A stretch of 64,000 nt of DNA from a virus, in the IMG/VR virus record IMGVR_UViG_3300025133_000033; one strand, written 5' to 3'. Of this stretch, positions 16,138 through 27,200 are shown piece after piece. The position numbers were made by a program, and so were the translations under genes. Each line of letters opens with the position of its first letter. Positions within the stretch are counted from its first letter, which is position 1. The notes below the pieces were generated by a model. It was given only the letters and a program-made list of their open reading frames with translations. It was not told the origin of the DNA and ran no database searches.

Positions 16138-17136
16138 ATGAAATTTTTTGACTATACTCCAGAAATGACGGAAGTGCTTCGTCAATCCGGTAGCCAAAAG
16201 AAGGAAGAATCTTTGGCTGGAGTAGCTGAAATAGCTAAGGCATTGGAAACTCCATTGCGTAAGGGCGTGATGAGCGGCGATATCCTTGATGGTATCTTCG
16301 AAGTCGTTAATCTAGCTCCTGGTGCTACCAGTGAATTCCCGCTTGACTTCCTGGCTCCTGGTACTGAGAAGGATTTCGTGGCATACACGATTCCTAATCA
16401 TGGCCGTATTCCAGAACGTCACGTAGAAGGTGATTACGTGATGGTCCCAACCTACGACGTAGGTGCATCAATCGACTGGTTGTTGAAGTATGCTCGTGAC
16501 GCTCGCTGGGATGTTGTTGGTAGAGCATTGGACGTTATGCGTTCACAGTTTACCAAGAAAATGAATGATGATGGGTGGCACACACTTATCTCCGCAGGCG
16601 TTGATCGTAACATCTTGGTTTATGATCCAGATGCCGCTAATGGCCAATTCTCTAAGAGATTGGTTTCTCTATTGAAGGTTACCATGCGTCGTAACGGCGG
16701 TGGAAACTCGAATTCTATCAGTCGCGGTCAATGCACTGACTTGTTTGTCAGTCCAGAAGCTATTGAAGATATTCGCAACTGGGGTGTAGACGAAGTAGAT
16801 GAAATTACCCGTCGTGAGTTAATCACTCAAGATGGTGGTATGCTTGTCCGCATCTTCCAAGTAAACCTTCACGATCTTGATGAGCTTGGCGACGAGCAAG
16901 AATATCAGGTCTTCTATGAGAGTGATCTTTCAGGAACTCTTCCTGCTGGTGACTCAGAAATCGTAGTTGCCTTGGATCGCAGCAAGAACGACAGCTTTGT
17001 AATGCCTGTCCGTGCTGGCCTTCAGATCTTTGAAGACGATACCCTTCACCGTCAACGCCGTGGTGGTGTTTATGGATGGGGCGAACATGGTTTCGCAGCT
17101 TTGGATAACCGAAGAGTTCTTATTGGCTCCTTCTAA
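16138..17136 (+). CDS. major capsid protein (probable HK97 fold)
   Basis: Canonical position, 332 aa, strong RBS, followed by a terminator. Confidence 0.85.
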   Translation: MKFFDYTPEMTEVLRQSGSQKKEESLAGVAEIAKALETPLRKGVMSGDILDGIFEVVNLAPGATSEFPLDFLAPGTEKDFVAYTIPNHGRIPERHVEGDYVMVPTYDVGASIDWLLKYARDARWDVVGRALDVMRSQFTKKMNDDGWHTLISAGVDRNILVYDPDAANGQFSKRLVSLLKVTMRRNGGGNSNSISRGQCTDLFVSPEAIEDIRNWGVDEVDEITRRELITQDGGMLVRIFQVNLHDLDELGDEQEYQVFYESDLSGTLPAGDSEIVVALDRSKNDSFVMPVRAGLQIFEDDTLHRQRRGGVYGWGEHGFAALDNRRVLIGSF

Positions 17137-17164
17137 GATATATCCAAAAGCGTTTTTTATAATC

Positions 17165-17202
17165 AAGCCGCTGGTGGCACTTTGCTGCCATCGGCTTTTT
17201 TT
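17165..17202 (+). terminator. intrinsic terminator
   Basis: AAGCCG-c-TGGTGGC...GCTGCCA-t-CGGCTT followed by a T-tract. Confidence 0.8.
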
Positions 17203-17215
17203 CTAGGAGAACAGT

Positions 17216-17353
17216 ATGTTGTTATGGGAAGAAGAGGCAGATCAAGAATGGATGCTAGGTGCCCGTGGTGTACTATGGTGTATAGATGATTGCGGCGTGA
17301 TATGGCTTAGAGATGAAGATGGCATAACCTGGAACTTAAGAGAGCGTAATTAA
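17216..17353 (+). CDS. 45-aa Trp-periodic micro-protein (not in ORF track)
   Basis: AGGAGA RBS; MLLWEEEADQEWMLGARGVLWCIDDCGVIWLRDEDGITWNLRERN*; stop abuts the next ATG. Confidence 0.65.
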   Translation: MLLWEEEADQEWMLGARGVLWCIDDCGVIWLRDEDGITWNLRERN

Positions 17354-17680
17354 ATGAGCGTAACAGCAGACGAAAGGTTGTGTAAGCAACCCTCTGAAAA
17401 ACGCAGGTTCCTAATGGAATTTAGCAAACTTCTAACCGTAGGCAGTAGCGAAACTATCTCTGGTATAAATAGTATTGTATCAGCGAATGTTGGCGAGACT
17501 GGAACCGATCTGACTATTAGTCAGACGGGGATCATTGATGGACTAGGGACAGACTCACGAGTGGTTATGTGGATTGAAGCTGGAACATCAGAGAGGACTT
17601 ATCGTATAGAGACCCTAGTTACCACTACTAGTGGCCAGATTCTAGAAGGCGACGGTTTACTCCACGTAACAGATAGGTAA
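17354..17680 (+). CDS. virion structural protein (small beta-rich)
   Basis: Located in the head-tail module. Confidence 0.55.
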   Translation: MSVTADERLCKQPSEKRRFLMEFSKLLTVGSSETISGINSIVSANVGETGTDLTISQTGIIDGLGTDSRVVMWIEAGTSERTYRIETLVTTTSGQILEGDGLLHVTDR

Positions 17681-17685
17681 CAATT

Positions 17686-18237
17686 ATGGCGACATGGGAA
17701 CAAACAGGCTTATTAATGCTACGTGCTATATTAAATGATGCTGGCTGTGGAACGGGCACGTATACAACAAAAAGACTACAAGACCTTCTGATTACTGCCG
17801 CATACTTCCTGCCTATTGATATCAATTTCACTAGCACCTATACTGTTGATGTAGAAGCAAATACAATTTCTCCTGATCCTATTAGTACAACTGCTGATGG
17901 TCAGGAGTTTATTAATTTCATGGTATTGAGGGCAGCATGTTTGGCCGACGAAGGAAACTTCAGAACCAACGCTCTAATGCAGGGGGTGAAGGCGAGGTGC
18001 GGCCCTGCCGTGATTGAATTAAATAAATACGGAGAGTTCTTAGCAGAACTATTAACGGCTGGTCCCTGTGCTGCATATGAGACTCTTAAAAAAGAATATA
18101 ACTTTAGTTATGAGGGCGGAACTATTATTAGGGCCGTGATGTCACCCTTCGCATCAAATGATTTTGACCCAGGCACCAACCTTCGCGGTCATGGGTTCTT
18201 GGACACTAATAATCCGCATCGTGGCGGCACTTACTAA
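17686..18237 (+). CDS. putative head-tail adaptor
   Basis: Position after MCP; size. Confidence 0.45.
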   Translation: MATWEQTGLLMLRAILNDAGCGTGTYTTKRLQDLLITAAYFLPIDINFTSTYTVDVEANTISPDPISTTADGQEFINFMVLRAACLADEGNFRTNALMQGVKARCGPAVIELNKYGEFLAELLTAGPCAAYETLKKEYNFSYEGGTIIRAVMSPFASNDFDPGTNLRGHGFLDTNNPHRGGTY

Positions 18238-18250
18238 TCGGAGATAAACA

Positions 18251-18469
18251 ATGGCAATTATTATTTTTCAACCCCAAGGTAGCGATACCCCTCATCAAGA
18301 GGGAACTGTCCAAGTACAGGCTCCAAAGGCAGGAGTTTGGGGAGGGCCTGAATATTCTATCAGCGGTTACCCAATCACTGTAACAGGAGTAGAGACAGGA
18401 GTAATCAACGCTGCTTATAGCGGTAGATTTGATGATCCTCGTTACTATACTGGTGATACAGCGAGCTAA
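18251..18469 (+). CDS. hypothetical structural protein
   Basis: GGAG RBS; operon context. Confidence 0.55.
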   Translation: MAIIIFQPQGSDTPHQEGTVQVQAPKAGVWGGPEYSISGYPITVTGVETGVINAAYSGRFDDPRYYTGDTAS

Positions 18470-18471
18470 GA

Positions 18472-19005
18472 ATGACTACGACTATAAATCCCTATTCTGG
18501 CGTCATTACGCCGGGGCTCAAAACAATTTTTAGCAACGCCATCTCAGCTATGCTGTATGATGACTCTTGTACCGTTCCATGTACTCTGCACTATGGAATT
18601 ACTAAGTATGAGGACTGTGCTAACTGTGTGTTTGATCCAATAGGAAATAAGTCAGCAAATAGATTTCAGGATGGAGGTCCGATACCTTTTCCTTTTGGAA
18701 ATATTTGTCCTATGTGTAATGGGGGAGGAAAGAGGGCTGTAGAGTCATCAGAAGACTTAAGCCTAATGGTTATCTGGGATCAAAAAGATTTCTTCAAGGT
18801 TGGTTCGGTCAATACTCCAGATGGAGATATTCAGACTATGACCTTCGCTGACAGAACCCCTAAGCTAAAGAGAGCAAAAGAGATTGTTGTAGCTACTAAT
18901 ATAGCAGGTTATGCCACTCATAGATTTGAGCGTATAACCGACCCTGTGCCGTGCGGCCTAGATTCAGATCAGTTTGTTGCCTGTATGTGGAAAAGGATTG
19001 GGTAA
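18472..19005 (+). CDS. putative head-closure/neck protein with CxxC pairs
   Basis: CANC and CPMC motifs; position. Confidence 0.45.
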   Translation: MTTTINPYSGVITPGLKTIFSNAISAMLYDDSCTVPCTLHYGITKYEDCANCVFDPIGNKSANRFQDGGPIPFPFGNICPMCNGGGKRAVESSEDLSLMVIWDQKDFFKVGSVNTPDGDIQTMTFADRTPKLKRAKEIVVATNIAGYATHRFERITDPVPCGLDSDQFVACMWKRIG

Positions 19006-19661
19006 TGGCTACTATTATAGGAAGTTTAGAGATTACTACGCCGGGAATTAGGGGACAACTTTTCTCTAATGTGAATAAGGAAATTACTCGTATAGTCAAA
19101 AGAAATTCCGTAAAAGTTAGTCGCAATATTAAAGAGCATGTAGAGAAGCTTCTAAGAAGTGCAATTGTTGGCTCTCCTGAATACGAATCTTTCTTTGGTG
19201 GTAAGCTACAAGCAGAACTAGGAGTTCCCGACCCCTCAGTTATTGATACAGTTATAGAGCAATGGATGAGCGGCGTTACGGTAAAGTTTCTTCAAGGAGA
19301 AGGAAGATTTGGAACTTTGTCTATTGGTATGATAGAAGACGATTATAGTGATGTGCTAACCTTGCCAGATGCAACATATTCCTACTCAAGTCGTAAGGGT
19401 GGAGGGCTAATTGATTGGCTACGCTTCTTATTGCTAGAAGGAAGTAATGTGATTGTAAGAGACTATGATTTTACAGATTCGACTAAGAGGGGAAGCAGAA
19501 CCGGACTTGGAATTATGGTTGGTCGTTCAGGTGGTTCGTGGAAAGTCCCTGACCAGTTCGCGGGAACAGCAGGAGACAATTTTGTGTTGCGAGCTTTACA
19601 AGAGATTGATACAGAAATAGATAACATAGTTAGACGAGAAGTTACCAGAGGCTTTAAGTAA
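19005..19661 (+). CDS. putative neck/tail-completion protein
   Basis: TAATG coupling at both ends; position. Confidence 0.45.
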   Translation: MATIIGSLEITTPGIRGQLFSNVNKEITRIVKRNSVKVSRNIKEHVEKLLRSAIVGSPEYESFFGGKLQAELGVPDPSVIDTVIEQWMSGVTVKFLQGEGRFGTLSIGMIEDDYSDVLTLPDATYSYSSRKGGGLIDWLRFLLLEGSNVIVRDYDFTDSTKRGSRTGLGIMVGRSGGSWKVPDQFAGTAGDNFVLRALQEIDTEIDNIVRREVTRGFK

Positions 19662-20608
19662 TGACAGCACAAGACTACACCTCATTTAATAATGTTGATA
19701 ATGTAGGGGAAACCCTACTGATGTCTCAGCTTGAAAGCAACCTAAAGACTTATTTTGATTGGTCTTTTTTAGGTATTGGTGCTTTTAGTAACGCTACTAT
19801 TCCTACATCAGGTGCATATGGAGGGACTTACGATAGACTGCGAGCTGTTGATGACCCCTCCTATACAGACGGTCAGGTATGGGAGTCTGCTCGAAAAGAC
19901 TGGGTTTGGGAAACGGGGATAGAACGAGGGACTGGAGAACAGCCCGTTGATATTTCTGGGATATATATTGGAGGTACTTTATATGCAACTGGAGATGCTA
20001 CTTTTGGCCATCACTATAATTATCCCCTTGGAAGAGTAGTATTAGATACCGCTATAGCTACTACCTCCACAGTTCAGGTAGAACACAGCTATCGTAATGT
20101 ACAGGTATATATAGCAGACCAAGCCCCTTGGTGGGATGAGCTACAATACAACTCTCATCGAGTTGAAGATTCCACTTTTCATCACATAGGGTCTGGCAAC
20201 TGGCAGATTTTGGGCAATCATAGAGTACAAATGCCCGCCGTTGTGATAGAGGCTGTCCCGAGGCGTCAGTTTAAGCCTTACCAACAGGGAAGCGTTGGAC
20301 AGTATGTATATCAGGATGTGAATTTTCATATCATTGCTGAATCTCGCTGGTGGAGAAACCAGCTTATAGATATACTGTCCCTACAACAAGACAGAACAAT
20401 ATGGTTATACGACAATAACTCCATCCCATTTTCATTAGATCATCGTGGGATGAGATCAACAGATCCAACTCCCTACCCCTATTTAGTCGATGATTACCGT
20501 TGGAAAATGGCTAGAATCTATAAGACTCTTGTGACTGAAATGGAGTCTCATAATAGCCGCTTACACCAAGGTACTGTAAGGGTTACTTTTGAGGTCATTA
20601 TTGCCTAA
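19661..20608 (+). CDS. putative tail terminator-like protein
   Basis: Directly upstream of the tail tube gene; MPAVVIE...VNFHIIAES pattern. Confidence 0.45.
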   Translation: MTAQDYTSFNNVDNVGETLLMSQLESNLKTYFDWSFLGIGAFSNATIPTSGAYGGTYDRLRAVDDPSYTDGQVWESARKDWVWETGIERGTGEQPVDISGIYIGGTLYATGDATFGHHYNYPLGRVVLDTAIATTSTVQVEHSYRNVQVYIADQAPWWDELQYNSHRVEDSTFHHIGSGNWQILGNHRVQMPAVVIEAVPRRQFKPYQQGSVGQYVYQDVNFHIIAESRWWRNQLIDILSLQQDRTIWLYDNNSIPFSLDHRGMRSTDPTPYPYLVDDYRWKMARIYKTLVTEMESHNSRLHQGTVRVTFEVIIA

Positions 20609-20667
20609 AATCATAAAAATGGTGTATTTAACAACGAGGTTATACTTTTCAATTTAGGAGAAGATAA

Positions 20668-21813
20668 ATGGCTAATAATAGAATTTACTACCCAATTCAA
20701 CAGGTATCGTTCCGTAAGCCGGGAACGACTGTTTTTCGTGAAGGTCACGGTATCCAATCCGTAGCTATTACGACAACCTTTAATTTGGAGCAAGCTTTTG
20801 AGCTGGGCCAACTAGCCCTCTTCGAAAATATCGAAGGTATTCCAGATGTTGAGGTTACACTAAGTAAGGTTTTAGACGGATACCCAGCACTGTTCTGTCT
20901 TGCTACGGCAACTGATGCTGATGGAGCCGATCTAGCTGGTCCTACTCTTGCAGAGCGTGCTCCTGCCGAGACAATTATGCAGTTAGGTATTTGGCCTGAA
21001 ACAAACAATGCTGTATCGGCGTCCCCAAATATATACGTAGAAATGTCTGGGCTTACCGTTTCTTCTGTAACTTACAATTTCCCGCTTGAAGACAACTTCT
21101 CAGAAGATCTTACCCTTGCTGGCAACACAAAGATCTGGGATACTTATGCGGGCTCCTGTACTGCTCCGTGGGCTCTTGCTGCGGCTACAGGCTCGCCTAA
21201 CTTTGCTTCTAATGATGATGCCCCGGTTGGCTCTGGTGGTGTTAACCGTCGTGAGAATATGAACTTCGCGACGACTCTTGCTCAAGCAAACGACGCAGAC
21301 TACACTCGTTTACCTGGAGATGTTTTCGGGGTAACAGCTAGTGGTGTCAAATCAGGCCAATGTCACGTTGCCTCTATCACGGTATCTACCGACTTGGCTC
21401 GTGAAGACTTGTTTGAGCTGGGAGCTAGAAGCCCATATGCTAAGACTGTGACGTTCCCAGTAGAAGTAACTACAGATATTGAAGTGACTTCTGTCTCTGG
21501 CGATGATGTAACAGCTATCGACGATTGTGCTGGTGCTGGTGCATGTGTTGCTGCTGAGAACTTGACTGATCGTCCAATCCGTTTGACCACATGCGAAGGT
21601 CTGCGAATTAACTTGGGAACTAAGAATAAATTAGCTTCTGTATCCTACGGTGGAGGTGATGCTGGTGGAGGAAACGTAACAGTTACCTACTCCTACACAA
21701 CCTTTAATGACTTTACTGTGCTACACTCCGGTGATACTTTTAATGATTCCGGTACTGGCTGGTGGGCTGTCCGCTCTGGATTTATGGCTGCTGCAACTCA
21801 AGGTGCTGCTTAA
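20668..21813 (+). CDS. major tail (tube) protein
   Basis: Strong RBS, own candidate promoter and terminator, Thr/Ser/Gly-rich, internally repeated FELG motif. Confidence 0.65.
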   Translation: MANNRIYYPIQQVSFRKPGTTVFREGHGIQSVAITTTFNLEQAFELGQLALFENIEGIPDVEVTLSKVLDGYPALFCLATATDADGADLAGPTLAERAPAETIMQLGIWPETNNAVSASPNIYVEMSGLTVSSVTYNFPLEDNFSEDLTLAGNTKIWDTYAGSCTAPWALAAATGSPNFASNDDAPVGSGGVNRRENMNFATTLAQANDADYTRLPGDVFGVTASGVKSGQCHVASITVSTDLAREDLFELGARSPYAKTVTFPVEVTTDIEVTSVSGDDVTAIDDCAGAGACVAAENLTDRPIRLTTCEGLRINLGTKNKLASVSYGGGDAGGGNVTVTYSYTTFNDFTVLHSGDTFNDSGTGWWAVRSGFMAAATQGAA

Positions 21814-21842
21814 TTTAGCACCAGACGTTTGACAACGTGCTG

Positions 21843-21874
21843 AGGGGTTGGGGCTTCGGCCCCTTCCCTTTTTT
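21843..21874 (+). terminator. intrinsic terminator
   Basis: GGGGC-TTCG-GCCCC stem with cUUCGg tetraloop and T-tract. Confidence 0.85.
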
Positions 21875-21893
21875 CTCTTAGGACAGAGAAAGT

Positions 21894-22958
21894 ATGGACA
21901 AGAGCAAGAAACAACTAATAACTAATAGGCTGCTAACTGGCGTAGTTTATCTTAAGGTAGGTAAACAGCTTTATAAACAAATACCGCCAACTAAAGATCA
22001 ACGTGCTCTAGCTGATCTTTTCTATACAGAAAATCTCAATAATGTCAAATATGACAGCTTGATCAGTCGTGACCAAGCCACTTTTATGCTACAGAAGACT
22101 CAGATTTGGGGTCCATTGCATGAGAAACAGCTAGAAGACTATAAGACATATCTAGAAGACTTAAAAATTCAATTATATAAAGCCGTCTATAATAAGAAAG
22201 ATCAGAAGGCTCTTAGACGTAAGATCAAAGGGGCCAATAAGTCTATCGAGAAAGCATATACAAAAAAGTTTTCTCTGGAGACTATGACCTTTGAATACCA
22301 CTGTGAGCTACTACGTCGCGATTTTTTAATTGCTTTATGTATTCGCGATTCATCCGATGATCCAGTATATACATATGAAAATTTTTGGGAATCAGACGGA
22401 GGTATCCTTACAGCCTTCACTGGCTTTCATGACCGCAATGTGATTTCGCAAGAAGAATTCCGTGAGATAGCTAGAACAGAACCTTTTAGATCCGCTTGGG
22501 TACTAGGCAAAGAGAATATGTTTGGTATTTCCGCCTCTGAGCTAGAGGAAGACCAAAAGTCTATCATACTTTACTCTCGTATGTATGATTCGGCTTATGA
22601 AAATCCAGACAGACCATCAGAAGAGGTTATTGAAGACGATGATATGTTTGATGGCTGGATGGCAAAGAGTAGACGCGAGGCAGAGAAAGACAGAACACAA
22701 AGAGAGGTAGAACAGCTTCTTGGTAATAAGGGTGTAGGTAAGCACAATATAGGAAATGCAGGAGAGATGTTCGTGGTAGCAGACTCTAAAGAAGAGGCTG
22801 AGAAGATCAAAGAGCTTAATGATCTTAACTCTCGTATGAAGCTAGAACATAGAATCAAGGCAATAGAAAAGAGTGGGAAGTTAGAAGAATCTCAATTACC
22901 TGATGTCAAGTTAGATCTAAGGAATCAGGCTATGAAACAAATGTCTGAGAAAAGATAA
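21894..22958 (+). CDS. hypothetical protein, possible tail assembly chaperone
   Basis: Between tail tube and tape measure genes. Confidence 0.5.
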   Translation: MDKSKKQLITNRLLTGVVYLKVGKQLYKQIPPTKDQRALADLFYTENLNNVKYDSLISRDQATFMLQKTQIWGPLHEKQLEDYKTYLEDLKIQLYKAVYNKKDQKALRRKIKGANKSIEKAYTKKFSLETMTFEYHCELLRRDFLIALCIRDSSDDPVYTYENFWESDGGILTAFTGFHDRNVISQEEFREIARTEPFRSAWVLGKENMFGISASELEEDQKSIILYSRMYDSAYENPDRPSEEVIEDDDMFDGWMAKSRREAEKDRTQREVEQLLGNKGVGKHNIGNAGEMFVVADSKEEAEKIKELNDLNSRMKLEHRIKAIEKSGKLEESQLPDVKLDLRNQAMKQMSEKR

Positions 22959-22969
22959 AGGATATAGAT

Positions 22970-23284
22970 ATGGCTAATCCAAGTTATAACGAAGCCTCAA
23001 AGAAGCGGCTCTTAAATAATATTACAAGAAAATTTGATACAACTATTATTGGCTCACTAGCTATTTTAGAAGAAGAGTTTGGAGATCTATGGGGTCACGG
23101 CCTCGAATACAACGAACTAACAGAGGAGCAAAAGGAGTTCCGTGTAACATGGCAATCGGCTCGAACACGCCTACTTGATGCTGGCAACTCGAATCTGAGA
23201 GCAGCACTAAGCGAGATAGCCCAGTATACGCTATCATGGAATCGTTTTGTGATGAATTTTAAATCAACAACCAAGGATAACTGA
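22970..23284 (+). CDS. hypothetical protein
   Basis: AAGGA RBS; operon context. Confidence 0.6.
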   Translation: MANPSYNEASKKRLLNNITRKFDTTIIGSLAILEEEFGDLWGHGLEYNELTEEQKEFRVTWQSARTRLLDAGNSNLRAALSEIAQYTLSWNRFVMNFKSTTKDN

Positions 23285-23295
23285 GGAGTATTAAA

Positions 23296-24210
23296 ATGGG
23301 TAAAATTACCGAAAAGGCTGACAAGAGAACATTCGAGGTAGACGGAGTTGAATATGCTGTTCGTCGTCCCAAGATGGAAGAGTTGGTGAAAGCTAATGAG
23401 CAACGCCGTAAGGTGTTTAACGAGGAACTAGAAGCAGGCTCTCTTTTAAGGGATCAATTAGAAGCCGAGCTACGTAAGCGTAAAATGTGGAGTGATGATC
23501 GAGAAGCCAAGTATCAGCAGCTCCGTGTAGATATAATAGATATGGAATATAAGCTGGCAAAGGGCGGAATTAAGTTGTCAGAAGCGAAGAGTATCGCTTT
23601 AGCAATGAGGGAAAAAAGGGCCGATATGATAGAGCTTCTCTCTTCTCGTACTGAGCTTGATTCTAACTCATGCGAGGGCAAGGCTGATGCTACAAGATTT
23701 AACTATCTTTTTGCTAACTGTTTGGTGTATTCTGAGACGGGAGAACCTTACTTTCCAAAGGGCTTGGATGAATATTTGGTCAAACAGGAAGACCCTGTTG
23801 CTTTATATGGTGCCAATGAATTTTTCTATCTTATCTCGGATACAGAAGAGGTAGATGCCAAGCTCCCTGAGAACCAATTCCTGAAAAAGTTTAAGTTTGT
23901 TGATGATGGGCTTCGCCTTGTAGACAAAGAGGGTCGTCTGACCGATACGAAAGGGCGACATATTGACGAGGTTGGGAACTTTATTAAGTGGACCTCTGAG
24001 ACAGAGCATGTCTTTGTTGACTCAAAGGGTCGCGAACTTAACGAGGAGGGAGAGTTTGATATCGTAGCAGAGCCGTTCCTAGACGACAAGGGCGAGCCAA
24101 TTGATACAGACCAGTTCGAAGAAAAGGTAAAAAAGAAAAAGTCTCCCCCAAAAAAACGGACAAGCAAGAAGACAAAAGCGGAAGTAGAAGAAACTGCTAT
24201 CGCTGAATAA
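23296..24210 (+). CDS. putative tail assembly chaperone
   Basis: GAGGAG RBS; directly before TMP; C-terminal repeated VDxxGR motifs. Confidence 0.5.
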   Translation: MGKITEKADKRTFEVDGVEYAVRRPKMEELVKANEQRRKVFNEELEAGSLLRDQLEAELRKRKMWSDDREAKYQQLRVDIIDMEYKLAKGGIKLSEAKSIALAMREKRADMIELLSSRTELDSNSCEGKADATRFNYLFANCLVYSETGEPYFPKGLDEYLVKQEDPVALYGANEFFYLISDTEEVDAKLPENQFLKKFKFVDDGLRLVDKEGRLTDTKGRHIDEVGNFIKWTSETEHVFVDSKGRELNEEGEFDIVAEPFLDDKGEPIDTDQFEEKVKKKKSPPKKRTSKKTKAEVEETAIAE

Positions 24211-24221
24211 TAAACCTGGAT

Positions 24222-24267
24222 AAGCGATCTATTTTGATGCATGGTATTTCAAGATAGGTCGCTTTTT
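24222..24267 (+). terminator. hairpin / intrinsic terminator
   Basis: AAGCGATCTATTTTGA...TCAAGATAGGTCGCTT followed by TTT. Confidence 0.6.
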
Positions 24268-24282
24268 GTTTAGAGGTAGCAC

Positions 24283-27200
24283 ATGGCATTCAATATTAAT
24301 GCAAAAGTCGTTCTAAGTGGACCTAAGAATATAGGTACAGTTCGCAAAGCCATCTCCAAGGGCTTGCGTGGCATTAACGTGCCAGTAAAAATAAGTATAA
24401 CTAAAGGGGCCGCTGGTCAGCTTAAAGCCTTTAATGCTGCTCTTACTTCTGTAGAAGCAAATCTTAAGCGTTTGACGGCTAGTGCTACTACAGCAAAGAA
24501 TTCTATGGCTGGAATGGCAGGTTCTACTACCAGATTAGGCAACGCTACAGCCGGTGCCACTAAGGGTATTGCTAAGGCAGGAGCGGCTGCTAAAAAAACC
24601 GGCTCTCAGATTGAAGCCTTCGGTAAAGATGCTGCTTTGGCTATTCGTCGATTTGCAGCTTTTACTATTGCGACAGGAGCCATCTTTGGTTTTGTTCGTG
24701 CTGTACAACAAGGTATTTCTCAAGCCATTAGTTTTCAACGTGAGCTGATTAAGATTACTCAGGTTACAGGCAAGGCAGGTAAAGACCTACAGGGGCTTAC
24801 CAACACAATTGATAACCTATCTACAACTCTTGGTGTGAACGCTAACGAGTTACTTGATGTCGCTCGTACCTTTGCCCAAACAGGCCAGTCATTAGATCAG
24901 GTGCGTGCATCTCTACGTGCTGTAGCACGAGCATCACTAGCTCCTACTTTTGGTAGTCTACAGCAAACTACTGAAGGTGTTATTGCTGCTTTAAACCAGT
25001 TTAATATCTCTGCTGATAAGACCGAGCAGGTACTTGGCTCTTTAAATGCAGTATCTAAGAAGTTCGCTGTTGAGTCGGAAGACTTAATCTCTGTGATCCG
25101 TCGTGCTGGTGGTGTGTTTGCTGCGTCTACTCCTGAGTTCCAAAAGCCACAAGAAGCACTGAATGAGCTGATCTCAATCTTTACTGCTGTTCGTTCTACT
25201 ACTCGCGAAAGTGCCGACTCTATCGGTACTGGCCTAAGAACTATCTTTGCTCGTATTCAACGTCCTCAGACGATTGAGTTCTTGAAGCAGTTTAATGTTG
25301 AGCTGGTTAATGCTGAAGGGCAGTTCATTGGCTTTTTTAATTCATTCAAAGAATTATCTAATAAGCTAAGTGCTTTACAAAAGAGAGGCGATACTGTAAC
25401 GTTTGGTGCTATTGTTGAAGAGTTAGGCGGTATTCGTCAGCTAAAGAACTTGATCCCAGCTATCGTTGAGTTTGAAAAGGCTGAGAAGGCTCGTAAAGTA
25501 GCCTTGGCGGGAACGGCAAGCATTACTAAAGATGTTGTTCTAGCCCAACAAACTCTTTCTGTGCAGCTTGATGCATTGCGTCAACGATTTGGCAAGTTGA
25601 TACGTGATATTGCTGGTTCTGATACATTCCAAAATTTAGCGAAGTTTGCTCTCACTGCTGCTAATGCTTTTATTACTTTAGCCGACGCTTTGCGTCCAGC
25701 TATCCCTCTTCTTACTACCTTCGCTGCTCTGAAATTATCGGGTGCTGCTTTTGGTTTTGCTAGTGGATTTATTGGAGGAATTGGCAAAGGCGGGAAGGGC
25801 GGTGGAAAAAGTGTTATTGGAGGAGGAGCTGGTGGTGCTAGTGGTGCTGCATCAAAGGCTAAGGCAGAGGCTACTAAGGCGGCTGTAACAGCTAATACAG
25901 CAGAGATACAAAAGAATACTGTCCAGCTTATTGCTTTAAATAAAGGAATGGGGACTTTAGGCTCTATTTCTTCTAAGACCGTTACCGTACTACAGACCTT
26001 GAGTGCTCGCATACCTATTTTGATTGCAGCTATGAAAGGAGTGGCAGTAACTACAGCTACTCCTCTAGGCCGAGGCCGTAAACCTACAGTAGCCAAGCTA
26101 GGAAGCGGAGGATCTGCTCGTCCAAAGTTTGGTATGGGGGGATCTTCTCGTCAGAAGTTTGCGGCTGGTGGTCTGGCTAGTAAAACACAAACTAAAATTG
26201 GTGCCGCTATTTTAGATGGACCTCAAGGTATCGCTACGCCGCCTCTAAATGTCATAACTCCTGCTGAAGTTCAGAAGGCTTCTCAAGCTCTGGGGAAAGG
26301 ATCAAGAAATACTTCGGCTATCAAGGGAGGGAAACCGCTTACTCTCCAACGCTCCGCTTTAAATGAGAACACTGCCAAGACATTTGATAGCTCCTTAGAA
26401 AAAGGAATTACTGAGGCTGTTAAAGGAACTAGTAGTCTTCTGGCTAAAGACTTTGGTTTGCCTGTCCCAACCGTTCCTGGCAAGGCCCCCCAGGATTTCT
26501 TTGACAGTATTAATCGCGGAGTAAAAGGCAGCTTGTTTGAATCTGTGTTAGAAGCCTTTCAGACAGGAGGCAAATTTAATAATAAGCCCGATATTAATCG
26601 TCCTTTTGATTTTGAGACAGGACTTGTCCCTAAGCTTGCGGACAACTTCGATGGCTTAAAAGGAATTAGCTTTATTGACGCCAAGCTAAGCCAACGTTCT
26701 GCGGGGCCTGACAATTTAAGAAAGAAGGCAGTAAACCAACTAGTTAGAGACCTTCCTCCTGCTATTCCTCTTAAGGGAGCAGCTCTTTCTAAGCTTGGGG
26801 GTTTTGGAGGTGCAAAAGGAAAAGCCCTTTTACGCAAAAGGCTTAATGACTCCACCCCTCTTCAGGGCAAGGTGGGAGGGACAGATTCCGCATCAAGAAT
26901 TCTAACCTCTGCTGATGCTGCTGGCATGAAAGTAACTTCCACTACTAGCGGAAAGCAAGTAGGAGCCTTCTTGAAAAAGCAAGGGATTCGTTTAGATCTG
27001 AATCGAGGCGGTACTCAGCCAGTTGTGCCTACTATACCCTCTTTAGTGACGCCGGGAGAGTTTGCTGTCAACAGTAAAGGTGTCGCTCAAGCAGGAGGCA
27101 AAAAGGCTCTAGATAAAACTAATGCTGGTGGAGATGCTTCTAACTTAGCTAATGTTGATCCTGCTAATATATCTCAAGTTCCTGGTATTGGTACGCGGGA

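Noticed and set aside
24127-24140. A-AAA-AAG slippery site in the gene before the TMP (G/GT-type frameshift)
   Set aside because: The -1 frame stops within about 25 codons and gives no extended product; explained by a Lys-rich tail
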